In this document: positions 10,888 to 23,300 of the stretch, one piece after another | How the letters are laid out: every line of letters begins with the position of its first letter | Position numbering within the stretch: position 1 is the stretch's first letter | Source of the DNA: Schmidtea polychroa | Lineage: Eukaryota | DNA: 64,000 nt | Direction: 5' to 3' | Assembly: GCA_044892525.1 (NCBI GenBank) | Contig: CM097888.1 | Location: forward strand, 31,434,001-31,498,000 | Notes under the pieces: generated by a model | Databases searched by the model: none | Told to the model about the DNA's origin: nothing | Seen by the model: only the letters and a program-made list of their open reading frames with translations | Position numbers and translations under genes: made by a program

Positions 10888-13237
10888 CTGAAATTATAAA
10901 TTTAAAAGTACAATGGTAAAATAAATAAGTTTGTTATCCAATTAGTCGTAAATGTCTGAATTGTTTATTTTTTGTTTTAGTCGTATTTACATCACAAATA
11001 ATGTTAAATTTCTTAANNNNNNNNNNNNNNNNNNNNNNNNNNNNNNNNNNNNNNNNNNNNNNNNNNNNNNNNNNNNNNNNNNNNNNNNNNNNNNNNNNNN
11101 NNNNNNNNNNNNNNNNNNNNNNNNNNNNNNNNNNNNNNNNNNNNNNNNNNNNNNNNNNNNNNNNNNNNNNNNNNNNNNNNNNNNNNNNNNNNNNNNNNNN
11201 NNNNNTGTTTTATTATATCCTACAATAAATTTAAACAAATTTTTCGAGTTTTATAAATTTCAAAAAATGTGAAGTTTTAATTAATTTTTGCGTAAAAATT
11301 TACAATATAGCACATTATCTAATTAGTTTCTATCGAATTTGTAATTCATCAAATATTCTATGAAACAAATAAATAAATAACGTCAGCAAAATATTTGTTA
11401 ACTTGGCAATTTGTTTATTTAAGTGAAAAATAAAAGGAATAAACTCAGAGATATATGTTGAGAGTTTCGATAGAATAATAGAACGAGGACAAATTTATCA
11501 TATAGAAACAATAAATGATGAGTTTTATATTAAATGAAAGGAATATTATTATGAAATATATATATATTTAAATGTTTTAGATTATTAAATTAAATAATTT
11601 TTAAAATCCTTTTTCTATATATTTGTTACAAATTAAAGATGATATATTATTTATATTATAATTTTTATAATTTAATAAAAAAATATTTTTATTAAAAACA
11701 TAATTAATAAATTTGTCTATGAAATCCTATCTGACGATAACAGGAACACTGTCGAAATATCTTTCTTATAATTTAATAGAAAATTAAATAATATTTTGTT
11801 TATTTTGGATTAATATTATTTGACATTTATTATTTTTATAAGAACCGTTTTTATGATTTTAAAGGCTTTGTTGCCAAATTTTCAATTTTTACCTAGTTCA
11901 AAAGAAAATGAAAGTTAAATAAAATGATGGAAAATTTGAAACATTATGATAAAACATTATAAGAGGTGAATTTAATTAACAATAATTATTATGCCTTTAT
12001 TGTTTACCGGATTTCCCTTTGAATATTTCTTATGTTCATCTTGAAATAAGTTTTTAAGATCACATTCTAAATTACTGAAATTGTTTCCATTTTTGAATGT
12101 AGATGTCCATAACGAAGCATTAAAAAAAGACTTGATGTACGTTGTAATTTCTATTTTAATTTCTATTTTAAAGTCCTATTTGTTGATGTTGAGATTAATT
12201 TAACAAACATTTTTTCCTGAACCTTTCAACAACCTCAAGGACTCCTTTGATATTCGTTTAAAACACAAATTAAATATATTTTGATATCACGTTTATATAA
12301 TGTAGTATGTAACAAAATTTATCTAAAACATTCAGAATTTATCCTATAAAAGAAGTGATGAGAAATTACATGTTCAAAATAAGAGAAGTATTTTAGAATT
12401 TATGGAATTATTAAGTAAATTTCTAATGCAAGTGCTCATTATCTCTACAAAATAATTCAAAAGAAACGAAAAATATTATCTTTAGTAAAGGACACAAAAC
12501 ACATTTATGAATATATTTATGAATACTTTAAAAATTAACAAGTAAACATGTAACTTTTTTGATGTTCAAACAGTGTGGTCCAAATTAATTTTTTCGAAAA
12601 AAATGTTAATGAATAGGATTAAATATTGACATTTTTAATGTTCTTTTCATATTTAAACTTAAAAACTAATTTTATGTCTACTTCATAAAAATATTCAATA
12701 TTTAAATTTTTAATTATAACTTTGAATTTTTTTAAATTTTAAAATTAAACATCTTATACTTATGAAGATTTTGTTTAATTATTCTCTAGCATTTATTTAC
12801 ACATCCAATGTCTACTTGACATGTCGAGTTTTGTGGACAGTTTTCACAAAGCACAGACAATTTTGTTTTTGAAAATTTTCATTTTTTTAAATTTGATTTG
12901 TTTCGATACCTGAAACGGAAAAATTAAATGCAAACTTTGAAATAATATTCATTCTTTGTTTTAATAATTAATCATATATTTTACTAATTACAAAAAACGA
13001 TTGATCTGTGAAAGTAATTAAAAATTAAATTTTAATTAATCAAAAATTTGCTTCAAAATCGATTAATCTTTGCAAAAAATATTGCTAATTATTTCAATGA
13101 AGCATATCTCAATAAACAAATTTTCATTTTTTGAAAGATAAAAATATTTTTTTTATTTATTGTCTTTTTAAGTTTTTATAAGAATTTTCAGTGAGCTGAT
13201 AAATTGTTTTTTGTTGGAAAAATAAGAAAATAATAAC

Positions 13238-13332
13238 CGGAAACATGAAAGAATAGTAGCTGCCAAAACCAGAGATATAATTGAAACTGCATATCCAATT
13301 TGTCCAATCGATTGAATTATTTTATAATGCAT
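13238..13332 (-). CDS. Class B1 GPCR exon: TM1
   Basis: Translates as MHYKIIQSIGQIGYAVSIISLVLAATILSCF(R), matching the GYxxSxxxL TM1 motif. Acceptor tttag, donor gttatt; phase 0 to 2. Confidence 0.92.
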
Positions 13333-13482
13333 CTAAATTAAAACAATAAATCTTAAATTTAAATCAAATATTAAATATTTCATTATAAATTAATTCTAAA
13401 GTTGATTTTATCATTTCTAAAAAAAATGATTATATTATTATTAAAATTAATAAAGTTTCAAAATATATGTATAAATTAAACT

Positions 13483-13658
13483 CCATTTGCGGACGGAATT
13501 AATTTTAATAAGTTGTATTTTTTAGCATAAAATATTTTAGTATACGAATGCCCGATATGATTTTTTTAAAGTTTGGCCAGCACAGCTGACCATTATACAT
13601 TGTGAACGTCTGGAACAAAATTCGTAGCCAGCAGTTCTGGTCGACCGTCCGCAAACGG
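13483..13658 (-). mobile_element. piggyBac-like MITE, copy 1
   Basis: Ends are CCATTTGCGGACGG and CCGTCCGCAAACGG, with TTAA at 13659-13662. Homologous in reverse orientation to 18540-18736. Confidence 0.8.
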
Positions 13659-14978
13659 TTAAAGTGAATAAAATTTACGACATTAAACTGAATCTTTATT
13701 TAAATATATACAATTGTTTAAAAATAATTTTTATTTTAATTATTGGAATTTTTGTTGGTTTTTATTTAAGGCAATAACAAACTTTTATTAATTCACATTC
13801 TGACTCTAATTGTGTTCATGGATATCGGATTATTAAACTCACAACACTATATAGATTTATTGATACCTAAATTTACAACACTTGCAGGTAGTTACAATGG
13901 AATATAGTTCCTCTTTATATTCCTTTGATTAATCTTTAATTCTTATCACGTTAAAATTTTCAAATGTATTTTGTTAGTCAACTAAAATTTTTAAACTAAT
14001 TTTGTGATACTAATTACTCCTCTTGCTCCGTTTTATACACCTAATTCCATTGAGATACTCTTCTAATAGAAGTTGGTGCGTATATCAACTTGATGAATAA
14101 TTTGTTTTCATAAATTATTCGATTTCTGTCATTTTATTGTAAAGTTTTTTAACATTTTTAAAAGTTATATTTTATTTGTGAAAGTATTTCAATTTAAAGT
14201 AAATTAGAAAAATTATTTATTTTAAAATAAATTAATCTTCATAAATATGTATTTTATTAAGATTTCGAGAAAGATCTACGAATATGGACAAAATGGAAAT
14301 AATATTTACCATTTTCCATTGTCAAATTCCGAAATTCTGTAATAATATTACATTTATAAAACTCATAAATATCATTTACAATTTATGCTTTCTTGTTGCG
14401 GTATCTGAAATCCCTTTGCAATAATAAGTTTATTATAATTTAATAATAAGTTTTATAATATTATTTTTTCATCTTCACGAAATTTCTGAAATGCTGAGGA
14501 AATATAAAATTAATTTTAGCTTTAAGATAAATCTTATGATGATATCTCATTTTCACAGAAATTCAATTTTCTTGCCATAATTTCTTTTTAATAATTGTCT
14601 AAAATAAATTTATTATAGAAATTTTTCTTATTGCTTAATAAATGCATATTATAAGTTTGCGTGTATTTCTAGTATGTGTTGTGTTTGTGTGCGATATTTA
14701 ATTCTTTTATCATCTTTTCAATTTCTATATTGTAGTTTATGTCATTGTACTTGAAAAGAATAACATCATAGTATTAGGTATATTTCTATATTATAACATT
14801 ATTAATTTTTTCCTCATAGAAGATGTATCTCATTGAAGTTTTATGTACTTCACAGTTATACATCAATCCAATAATCATTTCTTTCATGACCGTTCTTAGC
14901 TTTGGCATGAAAAAAATAATTAAAGACCAATTTTAAATTTTAAAATTTGTTTTTGAGCCCTGCTCCCAAAATTATTTA

Positions 14979-15198
14979 CTCCCTCTGTCCAAAAATGATA
15001 GTCCAGTTGCATTTTAGCCTTTTTCCCAAAATGATTGTCAATAGAGAATATAAAAAATTGAACAGTTTTGTAAAACCTTTTACAGTAAAAACACATTAAA
15101 TAATTTTATTTTATTGATTGAACAAATAAAACTGCATGTTACGTATTTAAAGTTATGATTTAAAGTCAAACTGGACTATCATTTTTGGACAGAGGGAG
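14979..15198. mobile_element. Stowaway-like (Tc1/mariner) MITE, 220 bp
   Basis: Perfect 30-bp TIRs CTCCCTCTGTCCAAAAATGATAGTCCAGTT (14979-15008 and 15169-15198), with TA on both sides (14977-14978 and 15199-15200). Confidence 0.93.
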
Positions 15199-16671
15199 TA
15201 TTAATTACCTGTTTTTAATTTATTTCTTCATTTGTGTGTTTTTTCTCTTTACAGTTTCATATGTTCAAATGATTATGGTCATTTTTATTATTTAATATTA
15301 TTTCCATAATTTTTAAGGTAAATTTCAAATCCTCAACAATATTAACTTAGATTTGAATCAAATGATCACTATTTGTCAGTAATCAATCAAATAAATGCCA
15401 TTGATGTCGTCATAGTTTAGATATATTCAAAATTAAAGAACAAAACACAATGGTGTAGTTCATACGATAACAGTCCCGAGAATTCACCAATCAATCTTAT
15501 TTCTACCTTTCATGATCATTTCACATGTAAGTATCTTGATGTTTGCCTTTATCCGTTGTATTTCCTGATTGAGATTTAAATATTATTTTTAATCAACATT
15601 AAGGTTTCTCACACTCTGAGCAACAACTAAAGGAAGAAGAATTCGATTTTTTGATTCTTTGCAATATTAAAATAGATTCTGAGCAAATTTATATAAAATC
15701 TTAAACTAAATGTTTTACTGTATTTTCAATTTTCTGCAGTTAAATAGTATAGAAATACTCTTATGATGACTGTCAAGAAGGATCATGTTGAGGTAACCGA
15801 AGAAAATGTTAGTAATTTGTATGAATGGACTTTCTTACAGCAATTTTGCATTAGTGAGTTAAAATGATTAGAAGCATAGTCTGAAACGATGTATGAGTAA
15901 GGAAGAATTTGAAGATTCTCTCGATAATGTTTTAGAAGGTAATGTTTTAAACTCTTAAGAGACTTAATTAAATTATAGTTGATGAACTTGCAGATTGTAA
16001 CACAGACTCCTTATTGGAATGTAAAAATATCAACTTGCATTTACATTTTTACACAAGAAAGATTACGAATGAACTTTCGGATATTTGCAATAATCTCTCA
16101 TTCTAAGACAAAACCTTTCAATAATCGGAAAAGTAAATGATGAGAATGAATGAAATATATATAAAAATGAGTTTCAATGACAAATCTCTCTAAGTCAGTA
16201 AAACAGTCTAAACTCCAAAAGAAAATGTCTTATAAATTCTAGTCTTGCATATAATGTTTACAAAAACTATATATTGATAGTGTAACATTTTTGTTTAATC
16301 AATAATTAAATTATATATTTGAATAATCAAAACTTAGACAATTAGATTGTTTTCATATTTATGCCTTTTTTTATGTTTGGAAATAAAAAATTATCAAAAA
16401 AATTAAAGTAATTAAATAAAATTAATTAAGTAAAATATATAAAGAAAAAGCTAGTAATTAATTTAGAAAAGAAAATAAATTTAAAAAAAATGTATTTAAT
16501 TAACCATATCTGAGAAATTTCTTGAAGTCAAACTGCCATGAGCTCTTACTACATAATACTAATTATGTATTATTTTCCAGTCTAGACAAATATTTTGAGT
16601 TAGAGTTACAAATTTGCCCTATTTAATTTGATATAATCACATAATTTGTTTATCACCTTATGTGGTATACC

Positions 16672-17121
16672 CAGACCCGGCTCAACAGTGGAAGCAGAAG
16701 ATGCACGGCATAAGGATGCCACTCTAAAAAAGCGCTAAAATTGAAAAGTGATTTTCCACTTAGTTTTTTTGTCAATTTTCTTTTAAAAATCTAATTTCCA
16801 AAACCAAATTTTTTTATTAAATTGATAAACGTTGGAGTCAGAGGCAACAAAACGTTGGGATGTGTTAAAACAATTTAATAAAATTACACTCAAACCTTTA
16901 TCGGATACTCGGTGAAAATCAAGAATTGATGCACTTAGCCCATTAGAAAAACAATATTGAAGATATACGATAATGAATATAATGACAATACTACAAAATC
17001 TGAAGCTAAATCTTTAGCAATGAAGCTTGACTACAAATTTATTTGTTCGCTAATAATATGATACGAGATTTTAAGCAGAATTAATGTTGTGAACAAAATC
17101 TTCCAATCTTCAAATACAGCC
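16672..17121 (+). mobile_element. hAT remnant (ZMYM1-like transposase type): left end plus internal transposase fragment
   Basis: A CAGACCCGGCTC GC-rich terminus-like sequence is followed, from 16838, by SEATKRWDVLKQFNKITLKPLSDTR*KSRIDAL and KSEAKSLAMKLDYKFICSLII*YEILSRINVVNKIFQS. These match the LKPLSDTRWxSRxDA and WYxILxxIN motifs, with both Trp codons changed to stops. Confidence 0.85.
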
Positions 17122-17384
17122 GTGCGTAATATATTTGTATTTGCGTGCTAATTTGTAATTTTGATAAGTGTTTAAATATCCGGATGTGTTTAATATCGGT
17201 TTTCGTAGTTCTGTGGATCTGACGTTGCCACCAAAAAGCATGTGTGCATGTATCGAGCAGTGTTCATATTATTTTGCTTATATCATATTGAATTTGTAAA
17301 TAGTGAATTACTAAATCCTAATTTAATAATAATATTAATTGAATGAATTATTATATAACTAAATTAATGTTGTACTTTCTGTGG

Positions 17385-18929
17385 ATTTTTGTTTGTATAT
17401 TTATTTTATTTTCTCAGTTAAATATTTCATTTTTAAAAATATTAATTAAAAATTTATTTTAAAAAAATGAATTAAATAAATCAAAACTATTATACCTTAG
17501 GTATTCAGTTGACTGCAAATAAAAATAAAATTAACACAAGCGCCGTAATAAAACTAATAAATACAGTATTTGTATTAACCATTTGCGAACGGAATTAATT
17601 TTAATAAGTAGTATTTTAATATATTATTTTTTAGTATAAATTTTTTAGTATTATTTAAGTTTTATTCGAAATAAGAAAAACACAGATGAAATGACAATTT
17701 GAATTTAACACTACCTATTTTGTCAGCTCAATACTGGCTGAATATTGAATACTTTTATGGTATTATGGTATTATTCTAGCTTAAAAGACTTAAATATCAG
17801 CACTAAAATATCAAAAATACTAAAAAATAATTCGCTTTAAATTATAGTTTAGAAAATAGGCATATTTAAACAGTTTTATTGTACGAAATCAAAATGTTAT
17901 GTAAATCAGAGAAAGTATGTAGGAAATCTTTAATAACTCAAGAAGGCCAAATTAGAGCATTAAATTTTGTAACGGAGACACAAACCTTGAAAATAAAGAG
18001 TTACGGTCGTTTTCTAATGTTTGACTTCAACCAACCAAAAATTATATTGAAGAGTACTTACACAATAAAAGACGATATGTTAAATAAGTATTATATTAAC
18101 AAGTATATCATTGTTCGATATTTTTAGAAAATATAAAAACCAAAATAGCAACGTTAGAAAATTTGTTTCTCTCTTGTTTTCATATTAACGATCTTCATCT
18201 TAATTTTCCTAAGATAATAATAATAATAAATCATTTATTTAAACAGATCATTATGACGTCAATGTTTGATGACTGATGAAAGAATGTTTGCATTGAAATG
18301 AAGTTGTATTCTAAAATTTTGGGACTGACTCATTTCTTTATCCCACTTACTAATCTACAATAGTTCTGAAAAAACGAACACATTATATATAACAGTTATT
18401 TAACTTATACATTCCGATGTTCAGACTAATCAAGAAAAAAATCTTGAAATGTACTATAATGTGTATTTGTCAACTTTTTACATAACTTTGTAAGTACTTG
18501 TTAAGCTAAACTAAAAGTACTACTCTCCAACTAATTTAACCGTTTGCGGACGGTAGGCCACCACAGCTGGCCACAAATTTTGTTCCAGATGTTCAACAAT
18601 GTATAATGGACAGCTGTGCTGGCCAAACTTTAAAAAAATCATACCACGATATCGGAAATTTGTATACTAAAAAATTTATACTAAAAAATAATATATTAAA
18701 ATACTACTTATTAAAATTAATTCCGTTCGCAAATGGTTAATACAAATACTGTATTTTTTAGTTTCATTACGGCGCTTGTGTTAATTTTATTTTTATTTGC
18801 AGTCAACTGAATATCTAAGGTATAATAGCTATGATTTATTTAATTCATTTTTTTAAATAAATTTTTAATTAATATTTTTAAAAATGAAATATTTAGCTGA
18901 GAAAATAAAATGAATATTCAAACAAAAAA
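17385..18929. repeat. Inverted duplication: about 265-bp arms with an about 1-kb spacer
   Basis: 17385-17651 is the reverse complement (about 95% by eye) of 18664-18929. Each arm includes about 72 bp of the MITE end plus about 190 bp beyond its TTAA. Confidence 0.9.
18540..18736 (+). mobile_element. piggyBac-like MITE, copy 2 (197 bp)
   Basis: TTAA on both sides (18536-18539 and 18737-18740). TIRs CCGTTTGCGGACGG and CCGTTCGCAAATGG match at 12/14. Confidence 0.88.
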
Positions 18930-19768
18930 TAATTTAAAATGGAAATCAGTGATGAATAATTAAAATCAAAAATAATTGAAAATAATTTTTGTGAAAAATT
19001 GCATCTGAATATGATAAGGTTATACACTGAATCTTTTATGCTATCAAACATTTTCTTTGATAATAGTCTGGTTATAATATTATCAATATTATCATAGACC
19101 GTTCTTAGAAAATGTCTTTGAAGTATTCATATTGATGATTGCAAATGAAATATATGCTGTCGTTTTTTGTTTTACTTATCAATAATTTAATTAATGAAAA
19201 TTTAAGCTTTGGAAATTAACATTTTACATTAACAGTTATGGTTTAGATTTTAAATATTGTTAACAGTTTTGAAACTGGGGTTATTTATCTTCAAAAGGAC
19301 TGCATAGATAAAAATGGTGCGTCTAAAAAAATTATTAGGACCTCTTATATTCAGGACTACTTGAACAGGATATTTTAACAAAACTTGAAAGGGTCATTTG
19401 GTCCGAGCTCTGGAATCGAAAATTATATATATTTTACATAAATATGTAATCATGTAATCCCATATAGAATTAATAAGAAATTGATAAGAGAAAAGGAAAC
19501 GATTGTTTGTATAATATTTAAAATTTTCCACTCTTTTTACTCTTGTGAAATTATGAGTTACCAAATTTTTTTCTATTTTCTTTATTTTTGAAAATTTTAA
19601 AATTTCAATGTGTTAATGAATAGATAAATAATAAACTTTAAAAAATTACAATTAAAAAATATTAAAAATAAAAGAATAATAAAAAAAATAAAAATAATAT
19701 TAGAATGTTATAAGAATCTTACAAGTTCAAACAAAATTTGAGGATACTAATGAATTTGTTTGAACTAC

Positions 19769-20346
19769 TTAGTGTAGTGAAAGAAAACTAAGAGAAATGT
19801 TTCCATTAAAATAATCAGATTAAAGAAACTCACAGAGTAGAAATACGAAGAGAACTCTGGAACTTGTTGGATATTGTATAGTGGAAATCCAGATCAAATT
19901 TATAAAATTAAAATCTTAGCTTTTTGAAAGTTATTTTTAGGTAATAACTGCACTATTGTCTTTAGGCAATGTCAATGATATTTGACAATTAAAAGCGTAT
20001 ATTATTAAATAATTATACAGTTTTCAGGAATAAATTGTCTGCATGCCATTTGATTTATTACACTCATAAGTTTAGGAAAATTATAGAAAAATTTTGAATT
20101 TTCTTTTCAAAAACACAATCCAACAAGTAGAAAGTCTTTATTCTCATAACAAACATACAAGTTCTGAAAATATTGGAAACTGATTTCACTGTATGGATGC
20201 AACGACTTATATTAGCGATCACTGTACTTTTTCTTTAATAAATCTAATCTTATTTATTTATTTGGTAAGCATTTCTAGTTTGTGAGTTTCTTTAATTTGA
20301 TTATTTTAATGGAAACATTTTTCTTAGTTTTCTTTTACTACACTAA
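19769..20346. repeat. Inverted repeat pair (about 76-bp arms), probably a decayed MITE
   Basis: 19769-19844 (ttagtgtagtgaaagaaaactaagag...) is the reverse complement of 20271-20346 with several mismatches. No TSD found. Confidence 0.75.
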
Positions 20347-23300
20347 ATGTGAATGCAAGATGAACTAGAAGAGATCCTTGTTTTAAAGAAGTGAATAAAG
20401 AAGTTCACATTTTCATTATTACATGTATGAAACTTGTTTATTATCCCTTTGGAAACTAGTTAAACTTTTCATTACACAGGATTTTAGGTACATTTATATT
20501 CATAAAATCCTGTCGATTTTTGGTACAACTAAATTATGTACATCCTTACGTCTACAAAATATGATCCAGTTTGTGTCAATATATTTTCAAGTAGGAAAGT
20601 TGGAATTAGAGAAAAATAAGTTTGTTTTGGTTCAAATGTTTTCTGATTGTATCATTTGCAGCTACTAGAGATTCGAAAGGCGTTGTAAAATTTGAACCAC
20701 CGGTATCAGTGACTGTGATAAATGGGGAATTTGAGAAACTGAGATCCATAAGCGAACTGAATATAATTCGAATGTCTTCTTTTAATTCTTCCAAGCGATT
20801 GTCATTTGTGTTTAATTCATTATATAGATCTTCTACAGAACGCAAACATTTTCCCTTTTCTTTTGAAAATTTTGTAATATACATGACATTTGTTCATCTT
20901 TATCTGATAGAGAATTAATAAGATTTTTATATTCCTCATTATTATTAAAAACGTTAGCTCTAAAGTCTGATACCATTAAAATATCTTTTCAGGACCCACA
21001 AGCATCCATTAGATAAGCATTTTGCTTTATAAACAACTCCAAGCGAACCGGAATATTTAATAAAAGATAAATTGTGGTCAGAATTATTTTCCATTTAAAT
21101 ATTTCAAAAATATCAGTAATTTATCAATAAGGAACTTCAAATGCAAATAATTTTTATTTCTAATATAACAACTGAATATTTAAACACATTTTTATTTTTT
21201 TTAAGTATTTTTAAGTTAAATTTCTCTTTTAACAAATTGTTTAATTTACTCAAAATTTCCTTTACATAAAAAATATATTTTTTTCACAATCTCCACAAAA
21301 TATATGTATTTTTAACATAACATATATTATTTTCAGGTTCCATTGCTATCACCATAACAAATGGAAACCAGGCGGTGCAAACCGGTCAAAACCTCCAAAA
21401 CAAAAGCGTTAGAATATAATCAAAGTGTAGAAAAATGTTATATCAGAAATTAAAATACAAATTAATTAATCTTGTTTGTATTATTTTTGTTTTTAATAAT
21501 TTTAAAAATGTCGAAAGGTAAAGAATATATTTTTTTTATAATTTCTTTATAATTTTTATATCTAGTTTACTTATTTGAAATAATTTTAAAGATGATTCAA
21601 GAATTATACTAAGGAATATAACATACTCTGGATTATTGTGCACCAGAGTTACTTGTAAATAAAATATATTGTTTCATGAGTGTTAATAAAGTGCAACTTC
21701 TAGAGTTTCACTGCGAGTCAAAGGTCAATTATGACGTCATAATATATGATGATTATGTATTCACATTCAATTATTAGACACCCAGTCAATGATTATTGAT
21801 AAATTTTACTTAATACTGTATATTATGGGATATATGACTTGGTTTATACTCATATAAAAAATGATTTAATTATTTAAAAATTAGAAATGGCACTGGTAGT
21901 TTTGTAACATATGCGTATCATAGTTATTAATACTTGCTATAGCAATGCGTGACAGAATGACTTTTAAAAGGCAAAGGAATAAGTATTATTATTTAAATTC
22001 TACATAAGATAATTAATTTCATTGTTTAACTTATTTTTCCAAGTTGCCGCTACTCTTTCTTTCTTTTGATTAAAATTATATGATATTGTGTCAAAGATTT
22101 TGCTTTAGACCTAAAGATAGATGTTAAGAACAGTTTTATACACTGATTATAAAATCACAAACGAGATTTCCTTGATACGGATGGCAAAGATAATTTTGAA
22201 TGTAACCAAGAAATATATAATTAAGGTTTATAAGGACATATTTTCAAGCCAAGATTCAGAAACTTGTATAATTAAGGATATTGCTAGCATGACTTTGGAA
22301 AATAAAAAAGTAATACTTGCACAAAAAACCATTCTTTATTTGCAAACGGACGTTTTAATTAATGATGCACTGAGGCACTTATGCTGTATATTACGCTAAA
22401 ACAAATCCGGTAAAACAAAACTACATTTATAATGAAAATTGCGAATATTTTAATTTAATTTTCCTTTTAAATGAATTTAAAATAAAAAGTAATGGCTACA
22501 TGCCTAAATGTCTCTTACCAAATTTTGATAAGGAATAAGTTCCCATATTCAATTTCCTGATAATTTTGTCATTATTATCAATAGTATTGAGAAAAGCAAC
22601 TGTCTTATTATGACAAACGCTTATCTGCCGATAAATTCAGTCATTATTCTACAGTATTTTATTTCTTAAAGATATGAAAGTCAATTTAGTGAAATATTCA
22701 CAAAATATATAAATGGTTATTACAAATATTTATTTTTCAGTTTTTGACATTTTCTTGAAATTAAAAATATTTATGTTTAGTCTAACAATTACGTTTATTT
22801 TCAATTATTTTTAATGGTCTGGCATTTTTAGGTAATATTGTATTTAATAATTTTGCTTGAGTCATTTTTCATATTACACAATTTCCAAATCAAATCTGCT
22901 ATAAGTAGACATTTCATATTCATGTGACTTATTTTATGGTTTAAGGTTAAGGCACAATTCAATTTAAATTCTTTAACAAGTATGCGTGCGTCTGTCTGGC
23001 AGTGTACATATTTATCTGCATCTAGTAGATTAAATATAAAAGTGGTGTATATAAATATTGTATATAATTGCATATAATTCACCTTTGATGGATTTGCCCT
23101 TTGTCATAAAATTTGACAGCCTCAATCTACTGACCACTACTGATTTCCCCCCTAAAATTGTCACACTCCAACAATGTTTATTAAATGTTTATTAGTTCAT
23201 TGCTTGGTAATTTCTTTTAATTTTTGTCAAAATACACAGAAGTACATTAAATAACATGTTGGATGTGTGAATGTATAAACGAAAATGATAAAAGATGAAG

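Noticed and set aside
12008-12175. Minus-strand open segment ending ...YSKGNP|gtaaac, resembling a calcitonin-receptor-type ECL1 exon
   Set aside because: It lies upstream of the true TM2 exon (10770-10887), so the order is wrong. The TM2 exon already joins TM3 in phase.
22828-23082. ORF with KISHMNMKCLLIADLIW, loosely TM2-like
   Set aside because: Wrong position relative to TM1, wrong phase and a poor motif match.
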